Shown here piece after piece: positions 11,828 to 23,559 of a stretch of 64,000 nt of DNA. The stretch's first letter is position 1. Each line of letters opens with the position of its first letter. A program made the position numbers and the translations under genes. The notes under the pieces are model-generated. The model worked only from the letters and a program-made list of their open reading frames with translations, was not told the DNA's origin and did not search any database. Source of the DNA: Anaeramoeba ignava BMAN (Eukaryota > Protista > Anaeramoebae); NCBI GenBank assembly GCA_028826165.1, contig JAPDFW010000090.1, forward strand, positions 186,001 to 250,000. Direction: 5' to 3'.

Positions 11828-13308
11828 ATGGAAAATTATTTAAATTTAGAAAAACTTTCAAATGATTTAAAAAATTTATTTCAAAATAAAAATGAAAAAG
11901 AAGAAGAAAGTTATTTTGATTTTGAAATAATTTGTGAACAAAATCAAATTTCATTTAAAACTCATAAATCAATTCTTTCTTCAAGAAGTTATTATTTTAA
12001 ATCTCTTTTCAATTCTAAAATGAAAGAATATCAAGAAAATAAATTAATTCTAAAAGATGTTTCAAGTTCAATTCTATTTTCAATTTTAAATTATTTTTAT
12101 TCAGGAAAGATTGAAATTAATTTAGAAAATGCAATTCAAATTTTAATTTTTTCATCAAAATATTTAATTGATGAATTAATTGAAATTACTTCAAATTTTA
12201 TCAAAAAGAATTTACAAATTGAAACTATTATTGATGTTCTTAAATTATCTGAATCAATGAACTTAAATAAATTATTGGGGTTTTCTTATAAATTTATTTC
12301 AAAAAATTTTGAGGAATTTATCAAAACTCCTTTTTTTCTTGAACTTGAAGAAAATCATTTAAATTCAATTCTATCGAATGATTATATTTCAACAAAAGAA
12401 TCTGAAATATTCCAATCAATAATAAAATGGGGAAAACATAAATCAAATATTAATCAAGAAACAGATTTAGAAAAAGAAGAAAAGAGAACAAATACAAAAT
12501 CAAATTTCAAATGTTATTGATAAAATCAGATTTATTGATTTCTCAAATAAAGAACTTACAGATATTTTGAAAGAAGATTTAATTCCAAATCAAATTTCAG
12601 AAAAATTAATTCAATTCCAAAAACTCCAAAAAAGTAAAGATGAAAAAGAATTAAATCAATTTATTGAAAAAGAAAATCAAAATTCATTCATTTTCAAAAC
12701 AAGATTTAAATCATCAACAATTATTAAAGAAAAAGAACATTTTGATAAATTAAAAGAATGGATAAATGATGATGAATTCTTTTACAAAATGAAAAAAGGA
12801 TTTTCAGCAAAAAAAGATGGATTTGATTGTAAGAAATGGCATGATATTTGTGACAATAAAGGAAAGACATTAGTTATTATCAAAACAACAGATAATTTCA
12901 TTTTTGGAGGATTTACTAAAGTTGGATGGACAAAAGATAAAGTCAAAATGGAAAGAAAATTATAGAAATAAAGATGATGGTTTGATTGAAGATGAAAATG
13001 CATTTATTTTTTCATTAAGAAATGATAAAAATGATAGAAAAGCAGAGAAATTTCAAATTAAACAAGGAGAAGGAGATCATGCACTTGGATATTATTATTC
13101 AAATTATGGTCCATATTTTGGAGGAAATGAAAGTTATTATTATCCTGATTTTCATTTAAACTCAAAATTAACTTCTGGATGGACAAATTTTGGATTTAGT
13201 TACGATCTTCCTAATGAATTTCGAATAAGGACAACTGAAGCGAAAAGTTATTTAGCTGGTTCTTATAATGAATGGATTGTTGATGAACTTGAGACTTATT
13301 TCATTTAA
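11828..13308 (+). CDS. BTB-BACK-TLDc protein with two apparent frameshifts (~12485, ~12945); sequencing error or recent pseudogene
   Basis: ORFs 11828..12520, 12567..12965 and 12904..13308 join collinearly into the same architecture as 8446..9861 and 20991..22460. Confidence 0.85.
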
Positions 13309-13421
13309 AAAATTCCAAAATGTTTAATTTTTTCAAAAAAGGATTTTTGGATTTCAAAAAATAAAAATTAAATTGAAAAATTAAATGAAAATGGGAATGA
13401 AAATGAAAATGAAAATGAAAA

Positions 13422-13997
13422 TTATAAAATTCTGCATTTATGTTTTTTCATGTGATGATTAGAAGTATGGGAACTACGCGCAGCTTCTTGAAAAACATCC
13501 CCCAAATTTTTGTGAGTTAAAGAAGAGCATTCGACATAACTAAAAGCCTTTGTTTCTTTAGCCATTTTTTTACCATCTTTATAAGTCAAAGAAGATTGAC
13601 CTTTTTCTTCGAGTTTCATCATAACATCTGGATTATCTCTCAAATCCAATTTAGTGCCAACAAGAATAAAAGGAATTTTTGGACAATAATGTTGAATCTC
13701 AGGAACCCATTTTTCTCGGACATTTTGGAAGGAATCAGAACAAATCAAAGAAAAACAAATCAAGACCACATCTGCTTGAGCATATGTTAACGGGCGCATT
13801 CTGTCATAATCTTCTCCTCCTGCTGTATCAAATAGTTCCAATTTGATTGTTTCTTTATCAATTGTAATATTTTCGGTTGATTGATCAAATACTGTCGGTA
13901 TATATTCTTGTGGAAATTGTCTTGTTATGAAAGATATTAACATACAAGTCTTTCCAACTGCTCCATCTCCAACAACAACACATTTTACTGTTTTCAT
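13422..13997 (-). CDS. Rac/Rho-family small GTPase (191 aa) with CaaX box CRIL and Q61G substitution
   Basis: [48 protein letters not shown]; Rho insert present. Confidence 0.96.
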   Translation of the reverse strand: MKTVKCVVVGDGAVGKTCMLISFITRQFPQEYIPTVFDQSTENITIDKETIKLELFDTAGGEDYDRMRPLTYAQADVVLICFSLICSDSFQNVREKWVPEIQHYCPKIPFILVGTKLDLRDNPDVMMKLEEKGQSSLTYKDGKKMAKETKAFSYVECSSLTHKNLGDVFQEAARSSHTSNHHMKKHKCRIL

Positions 13998-14074
13998 TCT
14001 TCTTTTTTCAAAAAATTCAAATTAAAAAATAAAATCAAATAAAAACAAAAAATGAAAAGAAAAAATGAAAAAAA

Positions 14075-15170
14075 TAATTAATAAAAAAATCTTTATTTAA
14101 TCAATAAATTATTTTTAAATTCAAAAATAAAAATTAATTATAAATTATTATTAAATTCAAAACAATTTCCATTCTAATTAAAAAATGAAGAAAATATTTT
14201 AAAAGAAAAAGTGGATTTAAATTAATAAAAAATCTATATTTAATCAATAAATTATTTTTTAATTTAAAAAATGAAATTCAAAAAATTTCCATTTTATTTA
14301 AAAATGAAGAAAATATTTTAAAAGAAAAAGTGGATTTAAATTAATAAAAAATTAAATTATTTTTAAATCTAAAAATTAAAAATTAATTCCAAATTAAAAA
14401 TATTTTAAAGAAACAATTCTCATTTTAATTAAAAAATGAAGAAAATATTTTAAAAGAAAAGTGGATTTTAAAATAATAAAAATTATATTTTAATCAATAA
14501 ATTATTTTTAAAGAAAGTGGATTTAAATTAATAAAAATTATATTTTTAATCAATAAATTATTTTTAAATCTAAAAATAAAAATTAATTCCAAAAAAATTA
14601 ATTTCCGTTTATTTAAAAATTAAAAATGAAGAAAATATTTTAAAAGAAAAAGTGGATTTAAAATAATAAAAAATTATATTTTTAATCAATAAATTATTTT
14701 TAAATTCAAAAATAAAAATTAATTATAAATTATTATTAAATTCAAAACAATTTTCATTCTAATTTAAAAAATGAAGAAAATATTTTAAAAGAAAAAGTGG
14801 ATTTAAATTAATAAAAAAATTATACATTTAATCAATAAATTATTTTTAAATTCAAAAATAAAAATTAATTCCAAATTATTATTAAATTCAAAACAATTCT
14901 CATTTTAATTAAAAAATGAAGAAAATATTTTAAAAGAAAAAGTGGATTTAAAATAATAAAAAAATTATATTTTTAATCAATAAATTATTTTTAAATCTAA
15001 AAATAAAAATTAATTCCAAATTAATATTAAATTCAAAACAATTTCCATTTTATTTAAAAAATGAAGAAAATATTTTAAAAGAAAAAGTGGATTTAAATAA
15101 ATTTTCATTTTTAAATCTAAAAATAATAAATGAAGAAAATATTTTAAAGAAAAGTGGATTTAAAATAAAT
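14075..15170. repeat. Minisatellite with ~145-bp unit between the divergent Rho and ARM genes
   Basis: Core AAAATGAAGAAAATATTTTAAAAGAAAAAGTGGATTT; GTGGATTT recurs at 14211, 14330, 14461, 14652, 14797, 14942, 15087. Confidence 0.92.
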
Positions 15171-15332
15171 TTCTTTTTGTGTTTTTTAATTTTTCATTTT
15201 TAAAAAGTCAAAAACAAAATTAAAAATTTTCTAAATAAACAATTTTATTTAAAAAGCAAAAATAAATTCAAATTTTCTAAATCAATTTTATTCCCAAAAA
15301 AAAAGAAAAAAGAAAAAAGAAAAAAGAAAAAA

Positions 15333-18300
15333 ATGTATCAACCGTTACAAAAAAATAAATCAAAAAGAAAATCAAAAAGAAAATCAAACCAAAATCAATC
15401 AAACCAAAATCAAATCAAACCAAAATCAAACCAAAATCAATCAAATAAATCAAACCAAAATCAATCAAACCAAAATCAATCAAATCAAAATAAATCAAAT
15501 GAAATTAATGATTCTTCAAATGAAAAACTAAAAAAGAAGAAATCAAAAAGAAAAACAAAAAATCAATCAAATCAAAATAAATCAAATAAAAATCAATTAA
15601 ACCAAAATCAATCAAATGAAATTAATGATTCTTCAAATGAAAAACTAAAAAAGAAGAAATCAAAAAGAAAAACAAAAAATCAATCAAATCAAAATAAATC
15701 AAATAAAAATAAATCAAATCAAAATAAATCAAATGAAATTAATGATTCTTCAAATGAAAAACTAAAAAAGAAGAAATCAAAAAGAAAAACAAAAAATCAA
15801 TTAAATCAAAATCAATCAAATGAAATTAATGATTCTTCAAATAAAAAACAAAAAAGAAGAAATCAAAAAGAAAAACAAAAAACCAATTAAATCAAAATAA
15901 ATCAAATAAAAATCAATCAAATCAAAATAAATCAAATCAAAATCAAAAAATCAAAATCAATCAAATGAAATTAATGATTCTTCAAATGAAAAACTAAAAA
16001 AGAAGAAATCAAAAAGAAAAACAAAAAATCAATCAAATCAAAATAAATCAAATCAAATCAAAATCAATTAAATCAAAATAAACCAAATGAAATTAATGAT
16101 TCTTCAAATGAAAAACTAAAAAAGAAGAAATCAAAAAGAAAAACAAAAAATCAATCAAATCAAAAATCAATTAAACCAAAATAAATCAAATGAAATTAAT
16201 GATTCTTCAAATGAAAAACTAAAAAAGAAGAAATCAAAAAGAAAAACAAAAAATCAATCAAATCAAAATCAATCAAATCAAAATAAATCAAATGAAATTA
16301 ATGATTCTTCAAATGAAAAACCAAAAAAGAAGAAATCAAAAAGAAAAACAAAAAATCAATTAAACCAAAATCAATCAAACCAAAATCAATCAAATAAATC
16401 AAACCAAAATCAATAAAACAAAAATCAATCAAATGAAATTAAAATCAATTCAAATGAAAAAAAAAAGAAGAAATCAAAAAGTAAAACAAAAAATCAATCA
16501 AATCAAAATCAATCAAATCAAAATAAATCAAATGAAATTAATGATTCTTCAAATGAAAAACTAAAAAAGAAGAAATCAAAAAGAAAAACAAAAAATCAAT
16601 CAAATCAAAATCAATCAAATCAAAATCAATTAAACCAAAAAATAAACCAAAATCAATCAAATAAAATTAATGATTCTTCAAATGAAAAACTAAAAAAGAA
16701 GAAATCAAAAGAAAAACAAAAATCAATCAAATCAAAAAACAAAAACTAAATCAAATGAAAAATGATTCTTCAAATGAAAAACTAAAAAAGAAGAAATCAA
16801 AAAGAAAAACAAAAAATCAATCAAATCAAAATAAATCAAATAAAAATAAATCAAATGAAATTAATGATTCTTCAAATGAAAAACTAAAAAAGAAGAAATC
16901 AAAAAGAAAAACAAAAAACCAATTAAATCAAAAAATCAAATCAATCAAATCAATTCTTCAAATGAAAAAGAAATCAAAAGAAAAACAAAAATCAATTAAA
17001 TCAAAAATCAATCAAATTCAAATGAAATTAAAAATTCCAAATGAAAAAAAAAAGAAGAAAAAAAAAAAACAAAAAAAACCAAATAAAAAAATCAAATCAA
17101 ATCAAAACAAAAATCAAATGAAATTAATGATTCTTCAAATAAAAATAAAAAACTAAAAGAAGAAATCAAAAAGAAAAACAAAAACCAATTAAAATCAATC
17201 AAATAAAAATTAGAAAAATAAGAAATCAAAAACTCAATGAAAATCAATATCAAATCAAAATCAAGTTCAAAAATGAAATTTCAAAATGAAATCTCAAATA
17301 TTGATCCAAAAATCCAAAAAACAAAATCAAAACAAAATCAAAAACAAAATCAAAATCAAAATCAAAATCAAAATCAACATCATCATCAAAATCAAAACCA
17401 AAATCAAAATCAAAATCAATTTCAGAAACAGATTTAGAAGTAATTCAAACAAAACAAACTTTAAAAGGTTTTAAAAGTGATATTTCGAATTTAAATCAAG
17501 GTAAATCATTTTCAATTTTCATAAATCTTAATTTAATTAATCATATCAATTTCCACTTTCTCAAAAAAAAATATAGGTTCAATTCAAAAAATATTCTCAT
17601 TTATACAGAAATTCTCAAAAAATCAAAAAATTCAAGAAAGTTCTTTTTTCATTTTACAAAAATTTTTAGAAACAAATCAAAGTAAAAAATTCAATTTCAA
17701 ATCAAATTCAATTTAAATTCAAATTCAATTTCAAATCAAATTCAAATCAAATTCAAATTAAATTCAAATTAAATTAAAATTCAAATTCAAATCAAAATTC
17801 AAAATCAAAATTGATTCAAATTAAAATTCAAAATCAAAATTGATTTAGATCGAAGCATCAACTTGAAAGAAATTGGATTAATTATTCAAACAATTAACAA
17901 TTTTCCAAATAACGAATTTATTCAGAATTCAGCTTTTGGAGTGTTATGGAATATTTCTTTTGTTGATAAAAGTAAATCAAACAAAATATATTCAAATATC
18001 ACCTTTTTTTACATTATTCATTTATCTTTTAAACAAACAAAAAAAATCAAAAGGAAACTCATTTGAAATTGAAGAACTTGAAAAAATAAAAATAATTATC
18101 AATTTAATTAAGAAATTTTTAACCGAAGAAACATTTTTAGAGAATATTTTATCTACTTTTCAACGACTTTCAGGAGGATTATCAAGTAAATTATCATTTA
18201 AAAAATTTTTTATTAAAACTTTCACAAATTCAAATTCAAATTCAAATCAATTCAAATCAAAATCAAAATCAAAATCAAAATCAAAATCAAAATCAAAATC

Positions 18301-20836
18301 AAAATCAAAATCAAAATCAAAATCAAAATCAAAATCAAAATCAAAATCAAAATCAAAATCAATTCTTAAAATAACAAAGGAAAAGAAATAGAAGATCGGA
18401 AACAAAAAGGAATTACTATTTCAGAATGTGGTGGAATTGAAATACTTATTGAATTAATGGGTAAATTCCCATATAATCAAGTTATTCTTGAAAGATCTAT
18501 TTCCATTTTTGTTAATCTTGCTCTTAGATATGGTAATAAATTAAATCAATTCAATCCAATTAAATCAATTCAAATCAATTCCAAATCAAATTATTGAAAT
18601 AAAAAAATTATTTTTTGAAAATAAAGAAAATCAAATAGAAATCGGAAAATTAAAAGGAATTGAACCAATTATAAAGGCAATGATTAATTTTCCCAAAAAT
18701 AAAAATATTCAAGAAAATGGATGTTGGGCTTTATTAAATATGGCTTATAATAATGGTAAACATTAATACAATTCAAAATCAAATCAAATCAAATCAAATT
18801 AAATCAAATTAAATCAAATAAAATCCAAATCAAATTAAATCAAATTAAATCAAATTAAATCAAATTAAATCAAATTAAATCAAATTAAATTAAATTAAAT
18901 TAAATTAAATTAAATTAAATTAAATCAAATTAAATTAAATTAAATCAAAATCAATTCATTGAAATAATAAAAAAATTCTTTTTTTGAAAATAAAGAAAAT
19001 CAAATAGAAATCGGAAAATTAAAAGGAATTGAACCAATTATAAAGGCAATGATTAATTTTCCCAAAAATGAAAATATTCAAGAAAATGGATGCGGAGCTT
19101 TAAGCAATATTGGTTTCAATAAAAGTAATTCAATATTCAAATTAAATCAAATCAAATCAAATTAAATCAAATTAAATTAAATTAAATTAAATCAAATCAA
19201 ATCAAATCAAATCAAATCAAATCAAATCAAATCAAATTAAATTAAATCAAATTAAATCAAAATCAATTCATTGAAATAAAAATTCTTTTTTTGAAAATAA
19301 AGAAAATAAAATAGAAATCAGAAAATCCAAATTAAATTAAATCCCAAAAATGAAAAATCAATGCGGGGCAAATATTAACTTTGGCTAAATAAAATCAAAT
19401 CAAATCAAATCAAATTAAATCAAATTAAATCAAATAAAATCCAAATCAAATTAAATCAAATTAAATTAAATTAAATTAAATTAAATCAAATAAAATCAAA
19501 TTAAATCAAATTAAAATCCAAATCAAAATTAAATCAAATTAAATTAAATTAAATTAAATCAAATAAAATCAAATCAAATCAAATCAAATCAAATCAAATC
19601 AAATCAAATCAAATCAAATTAAATCAAATAAAATCAAATCAAATCAAATTAAATTAAATCAAAAAATCCAAATCAAATTAAATCAATTCATTGAAATAAA
19701 AAAATTATTTTTTTGAAAATAAAGAAAATAAAATAGAAATCAGAAAATTAAAAGGAATTGAACCAATTATAAAGGCAATGATTAATTTTCCCAAAAATGA
19801 AAATATTCAAAAAAGTGGATGCGGGGCTTTATTAACTTTGGCTAATAATATTGGTAAACATTAATACAATTCAAAATCAAATCAAAAATCAAATCAAATT
19901 AAAATCAAAATAAAAATCCAAATCAAAATTAAAATCAAAATTAAAATCAAATAAAATCAAAATTAAATCAAAATAAAATCCAAATCAAATTAAATCAAAA
20001 TAAAATCAAAATCAAATTAAATCAATTCATTGAAATAAAAATCAAATTCAAAAATAAAGAAAATAAATAGAAATCAGAAAATTAAAAGGAATTGAACCAA
20101 TTATAAAGGCAATGATTAATTTTTCAAATAATTCGGAAATCCACCAAAAAGCTTGTAGAGCTTTACAAAATCTTTCATTTAATAAACGTAAATCAAAATC
20201 AAAATCAAAATCAAAATCAAAATAAAAATCAAAATCAAAATCAAAATCAAAATTAAAATCAAAATCAAAATCAAAATTAAAATCAAATCAATTCAAATTA
20301 AAATCAAAATTAAAATAAAAATCAAAATCAAAATCAAAATCAAAATCAAAATTAAAATCAAAATCAAAATTAAAATCAAAATCAAAATAAAAATTAAAAT
20401 CAAAAAAAAAGAAAACAAAAAGGAAATTGTTGAGTTAAAAGGAATTACAACAATTATAAATTCAATGAATCAATTTCCAACCAATGAAAATATTCAAAAA
20501 GCAGGATGTATATTTTTAGATAATATTTCATCTAATCAAAGTAAATCAAAATCAAAATCAAAATCAAAATCAAAATTAAAATCAAAATCAAAATTAAAAT
20601 CAAAATCAAAATCAAAATCAAAATCAAAATCAAAATCAAAATCAAAATCAAAATCAAAATCAAAATCAAAATTAAAATTTTAAAATTTTAAATTTCTTAA
20701 AAAACAAAAAGAAAACAAAGAGGAAATTGTTAAATTAGATGGAATTAGTGTTATTGAAAATGCAATAAAAAACTTCCCAAATAACAAAATGATCCAAAAT
20801 AAAAAATCCCTTTTAAACTCATTAAAAAAAAATTGA
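15333..20836 (+). CDS. Armadillo-repeat protein, one repeat per exon; exons 15333-17500 (repetitive, frameshifted), 17577-17681, 17849-17971, 18054-18185, 18392-18532, 18627-18755, 18996-19124, 19725-19853, 20060(or 20071)-20187, 20412-20540, 20712-20836
   Basis: All internal introns are GT-AG and phase 1. Exons translate e.g. ENQIEIGKLKGIEPIIKAMINFPKNKNIQENGCWALLNMAYNN, an aardvark/LRRK2-type ARM repeat. Confidence 0.85.
15480..17190 (+). repeat. Coding tandem repeat SNEINDSSNEKLKKKKSKRKTKNQ(SNQNK)n, roughly 13-15 copies, in exon 1 of the ARM gene
   Basis: TCAAATGAAATTAATGATTCTTCAAATGAAAAACTAAAAAAGAAGAAATCAAAAAG recurs about every 90-125 bp. Confidence 0.9.
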
Positions 20837-20990
20837 AAACAAAAAGAAATGAATTTAATTGAAATAAATTGAAAGAAATTGAATTGATGATTTTTATTAT
20901 TTTCTTTTAAAATGATTTGAATGTTTTAAAAAGAAAAAATAAAAAAAATAATTTGATTTTCATTTTTCATTTTTCTTCTCTTTTAAAAAA

Positions 20991-22460
20991 ATGTCAAAAA
21001 ATTTTGTTAATTATGAAAAATTATCATCAGATTTAAACACACTCTTTTCAAATCCAAATGAGTTTGCTGATTTTGAAATTGAAATATTGGATTCAACAGG
21101 AAAAACAACTCACAATTTTTCATGCAATAAATCAATTTTAAGTTGTCGAAATGATTATTTTCAAGCATTATTTCGGAGTAAAATGAAAGAATTCCAAGAA
21201 TCAAAAGTGAAATTTAATGATATTAATGGAAAATCAATGGAAATCATACTCAAGTACATTTATACAGGAATTTTGGAAATTGATCCAGAAAATGCAATTC
21301 AAACTTTAATAGATTCCAAAAAATTATTACTTGAAGATCCAATTACCATTTTCTTGATCAACTTTATCAAAAATCATCTTGATATTTGGAATGTGATTGA
21401 TGTTCTTTATCTGGCAAATGAGTTAATGATTTATGATTTAGCTGATGATTGTCTTAATTTTATTTATGAAAATCTTATTTTATTGAATCAATCTAATGAA
21501 ATTGTGAAATTGGAAGAAGAAAATTTCCTTAAAATTTTAAAAAAAGACACCTTTTCAATTTCAGAAATGGAATTATTTAATATGATTATTAAATGGGCTG
21601 ATTATCATTTGAGTATTCCAAATAATATTGTTGATAACAAGAAAAATTCTGAAAAAATTTCTCAAAAAATTGGAAATTTGATTCATCAGATCTCATTTTG
21701 TTTTATGGAAGAAAGCGAAATCGAACAAATTCAATCAATGAATGTTGTTCCTCAGATGTATATTGATGATGTTATTCAGTTCCAGAGACAAAATGGAGAT
21801 TGTCCTGATTTAATTAAGAAATATCAAGAAATGGGATCCAAAATTTTAGAAGAACCAAATCAACTTCGAAAAAGCGAAATTCTTCAAGGATCAAACAAGT
21901 ATCTAAAAGCGTTATCACGATGGATCAATTCTCCTAGTTTTCTATCAAAAGTTCGATTAGGATTTTCCGCGAAAAAAAACGGATTTATGCCTTCAGATTT
22001 TCATTCTCATTGTGACAATAAGGGAGCAACAGTTGTGATTATTTTGACAAAAAATGGGTTTATCTTTGGAGGATTTACAAAAGTGGGTTGGACTAATGAT
22101 AAGAACAAGTGGAGATCGGAAGATTCATCCAATGCAAGTGGGTGGATTCCTGATCCTGATGCCTTTGTTTTTAGTCTTAAAAATCATTTGAATCATGATC
22201 CTGTTAAATTTCCTTTAATTTCTTCTGAATCTTTGAATGCAATTTATTATTCTGATATGGATGGACCAAGTTTTGGCAAGTCGAATGGTTTTGATATTGG
22301 GATTAGAGGAAATAATTTTTATGATTGTTGGAGTTATTTAGGAAATACTTATTCAGTATTAGAAAAATTTGGATCAAACAAATATACAAATGATAGTAAG
22401 AATTTTTTTGCAGGAAAATATAAATGGGAAATTGAAGAAATGGAAGTTTTTTTTGTTTAA
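20991..22460 (+). CDS. BTB-BACK-TLDc protein (489 aa)
   Basis: DFEIEI..CNKSILSCRNDYFQALFRSKMKE..LKYIYTG; EMELFNMIIKWA; FHSHCDNKGATV..FIFGGFTKVGW..DAFVFSLKN..GPSFG..EMEVF. Confidence 0.94.
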   Translation: MSKNFVNYEKLSSDLNTLFSNPNEFADFEIEILDSTGKTTHNFSCNKSILSCRNDYFQALFRSKMKEFQESKVKFNDINGKSMEIILKYIYTGILEIDPENAIQTLIDSKKLLLEDPITIFLINFIKNHLDIWNVIDVLYLANELMIYDLADDCLNFIYENLILLNQSNEIVKLEEENFLKILKKDTFSISEMELFNMIIKWADYHLSIPNNIVDNKKNSEKISQKIGNLIHQISFCFMEESEIEQIQSMNVVPQMYIDDVIQFQRQNGDCPDLIKKYQEMGSKILEEPNQLRKSEILQGSNKYLKALSRWINSPSFLSKVRLGFSAKKNGFMPSDFHSHCDNKGATVVIILTKNGFIFGGFTKVGWTNDKNKWRSEDSSNASGWIPDPDAFVFSLKNHLNHDPVKFPLISSESLNAIYYSDMDGPSFGKSNGFDIGIRGNNFYDCWSYLGNTYSVLEKFGSNKYTNDSKNFFAGKYKWEIEEMEVFFV

Positions 22461-22472
22461 TTTTTTTTATAA

Positions 22473-23559
22473 TCAAAAAAAAAACATTTTAAATGAGCAA
22501 AAATTAAGGAAAATGGAACTAAAATAATATCAATTAAAATATGATTTTTTGGAGATAATCCACTATTTGAAATTCCATTAAAATAGTTCTTAAATTCATC
22601 ATTATATTGATATTTTCCTTTTTCAATATTTGATAATAAAGAATCAACAATTTTTTCAGCTTCAATAAATCTTTTTTGAAGAGATTCTTGTTTTGATTGT
22701 TGAATTTTTTGATCAGAAGAAAATTTGGAAAGTTTTTTTGTTGAAAATAAATGGAGATCAATATTAAATGCTTTAAATTCATTTCTTAAACAATCACATA
22801 ACCCTTTAATTGCATATTTAGAGGCGCAAAATGAAGAAGAGTCATTAAATGTAAAAGAGTTTGTTTGAGAATTAATGAGAATAATTTTGGGTTTTTCAGC
22901 TAAAAAAGTAAAAGAAAAGAAAATTTAAAAAAAAAAAGTGGAATGAAAAATTTTTTGATATTTTTTTTTTTACATCTTTTTTTCTTGTTTAATCCAAAAG
23001 AAATCATTTGAGGAAGAATTGCTTTAATTATATTGACTATTGCAAAAAAATTTGAATTCATTTGCGACTCAAAATCGGAAATTTTTTGATTTTGAAATTT
23101 TCCATCAATATTTTCTTCTGAATTAATAAATAATAAGAAAGGCAAACCGGAAGTTTTAATAGAATCAAGAATTGATTTTTGGATTTGGGAGAAGTTTTGG
23201 GGATCAAGAAGGAAAGTAGAGATGATTTGATTTTCATGAGCAATATAAGAAAGGAGAAATTTTTTGGATTGAATCAATTGAGTTTGATTTTTTGAAATTA
23301 AAGTAACATTTGAACCATTTTGTACGGCAAATTTTGCAATTGCCTGCATAATTATTGGGAAATTGGAATAAATGATTATATGTTTTGATTCAAAATTGAT
23401 AATGTTTCCCCATGTTCTTTGAAGTGAATATAGTGAGAATAAGGAATATAAAATAACTGTACTCATTAAAAGAATTGAAAATTGAAAATTTGTTAGTTTT
23501 GATAAACTTGGGAAAAAATTTTCTGAGATTGAACGGATGTGGCAGAATATGCAAGACAT
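22473..23559 (-). CDS. 3-ketodihydrosphingosine reductase (KDSR/Tsc10)-like SDR, catalytically degenerate; intron 22973-22900; 1-nt frameshift near 22801
   Basis: N-terminal TM segment, NVTLISKNQTQL, FESQMNSNFFAIVNIIKAILPQM, KIILINS, FCASKYAIKG, then CDCLRNEFKAFNIDLHL..EAEKIVDSLLSNIEKGKY and a hydrophobic C-terminus, collinear with KDSR. Confidence 0.72.

Noticed and set aside
11828-13308. Programmed frameshifting or RNA editing to explain split genes (also 43176-45373 and 48974-51065)
   Set aside because: No shared slippery motif; scattered single-base indels concentrated in repetitive or multicopy sequence fit consensus errors or pseudogenisation.
14075-15170. CRISPR-like appearance of conserved blocks with intervening sequence (also 47535-48890)
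   Set aside because: The intervening segments are homologous to one another rather than unique spacers; eukaryotic context with no cas genes.
22786-22802. Possible 17-nt GT-AG micro-intron (GTATGTGATTGTTTAAG, minus strand) that would restore the KDSR-like frame
   Set aside because: Splicing would delete CDCLR, which aligns with the conserved SDR helix after YxxxK. A 1-nt deletion error is simpler, and other introns here are about 60 nt or longer. RNA-seq would decide.
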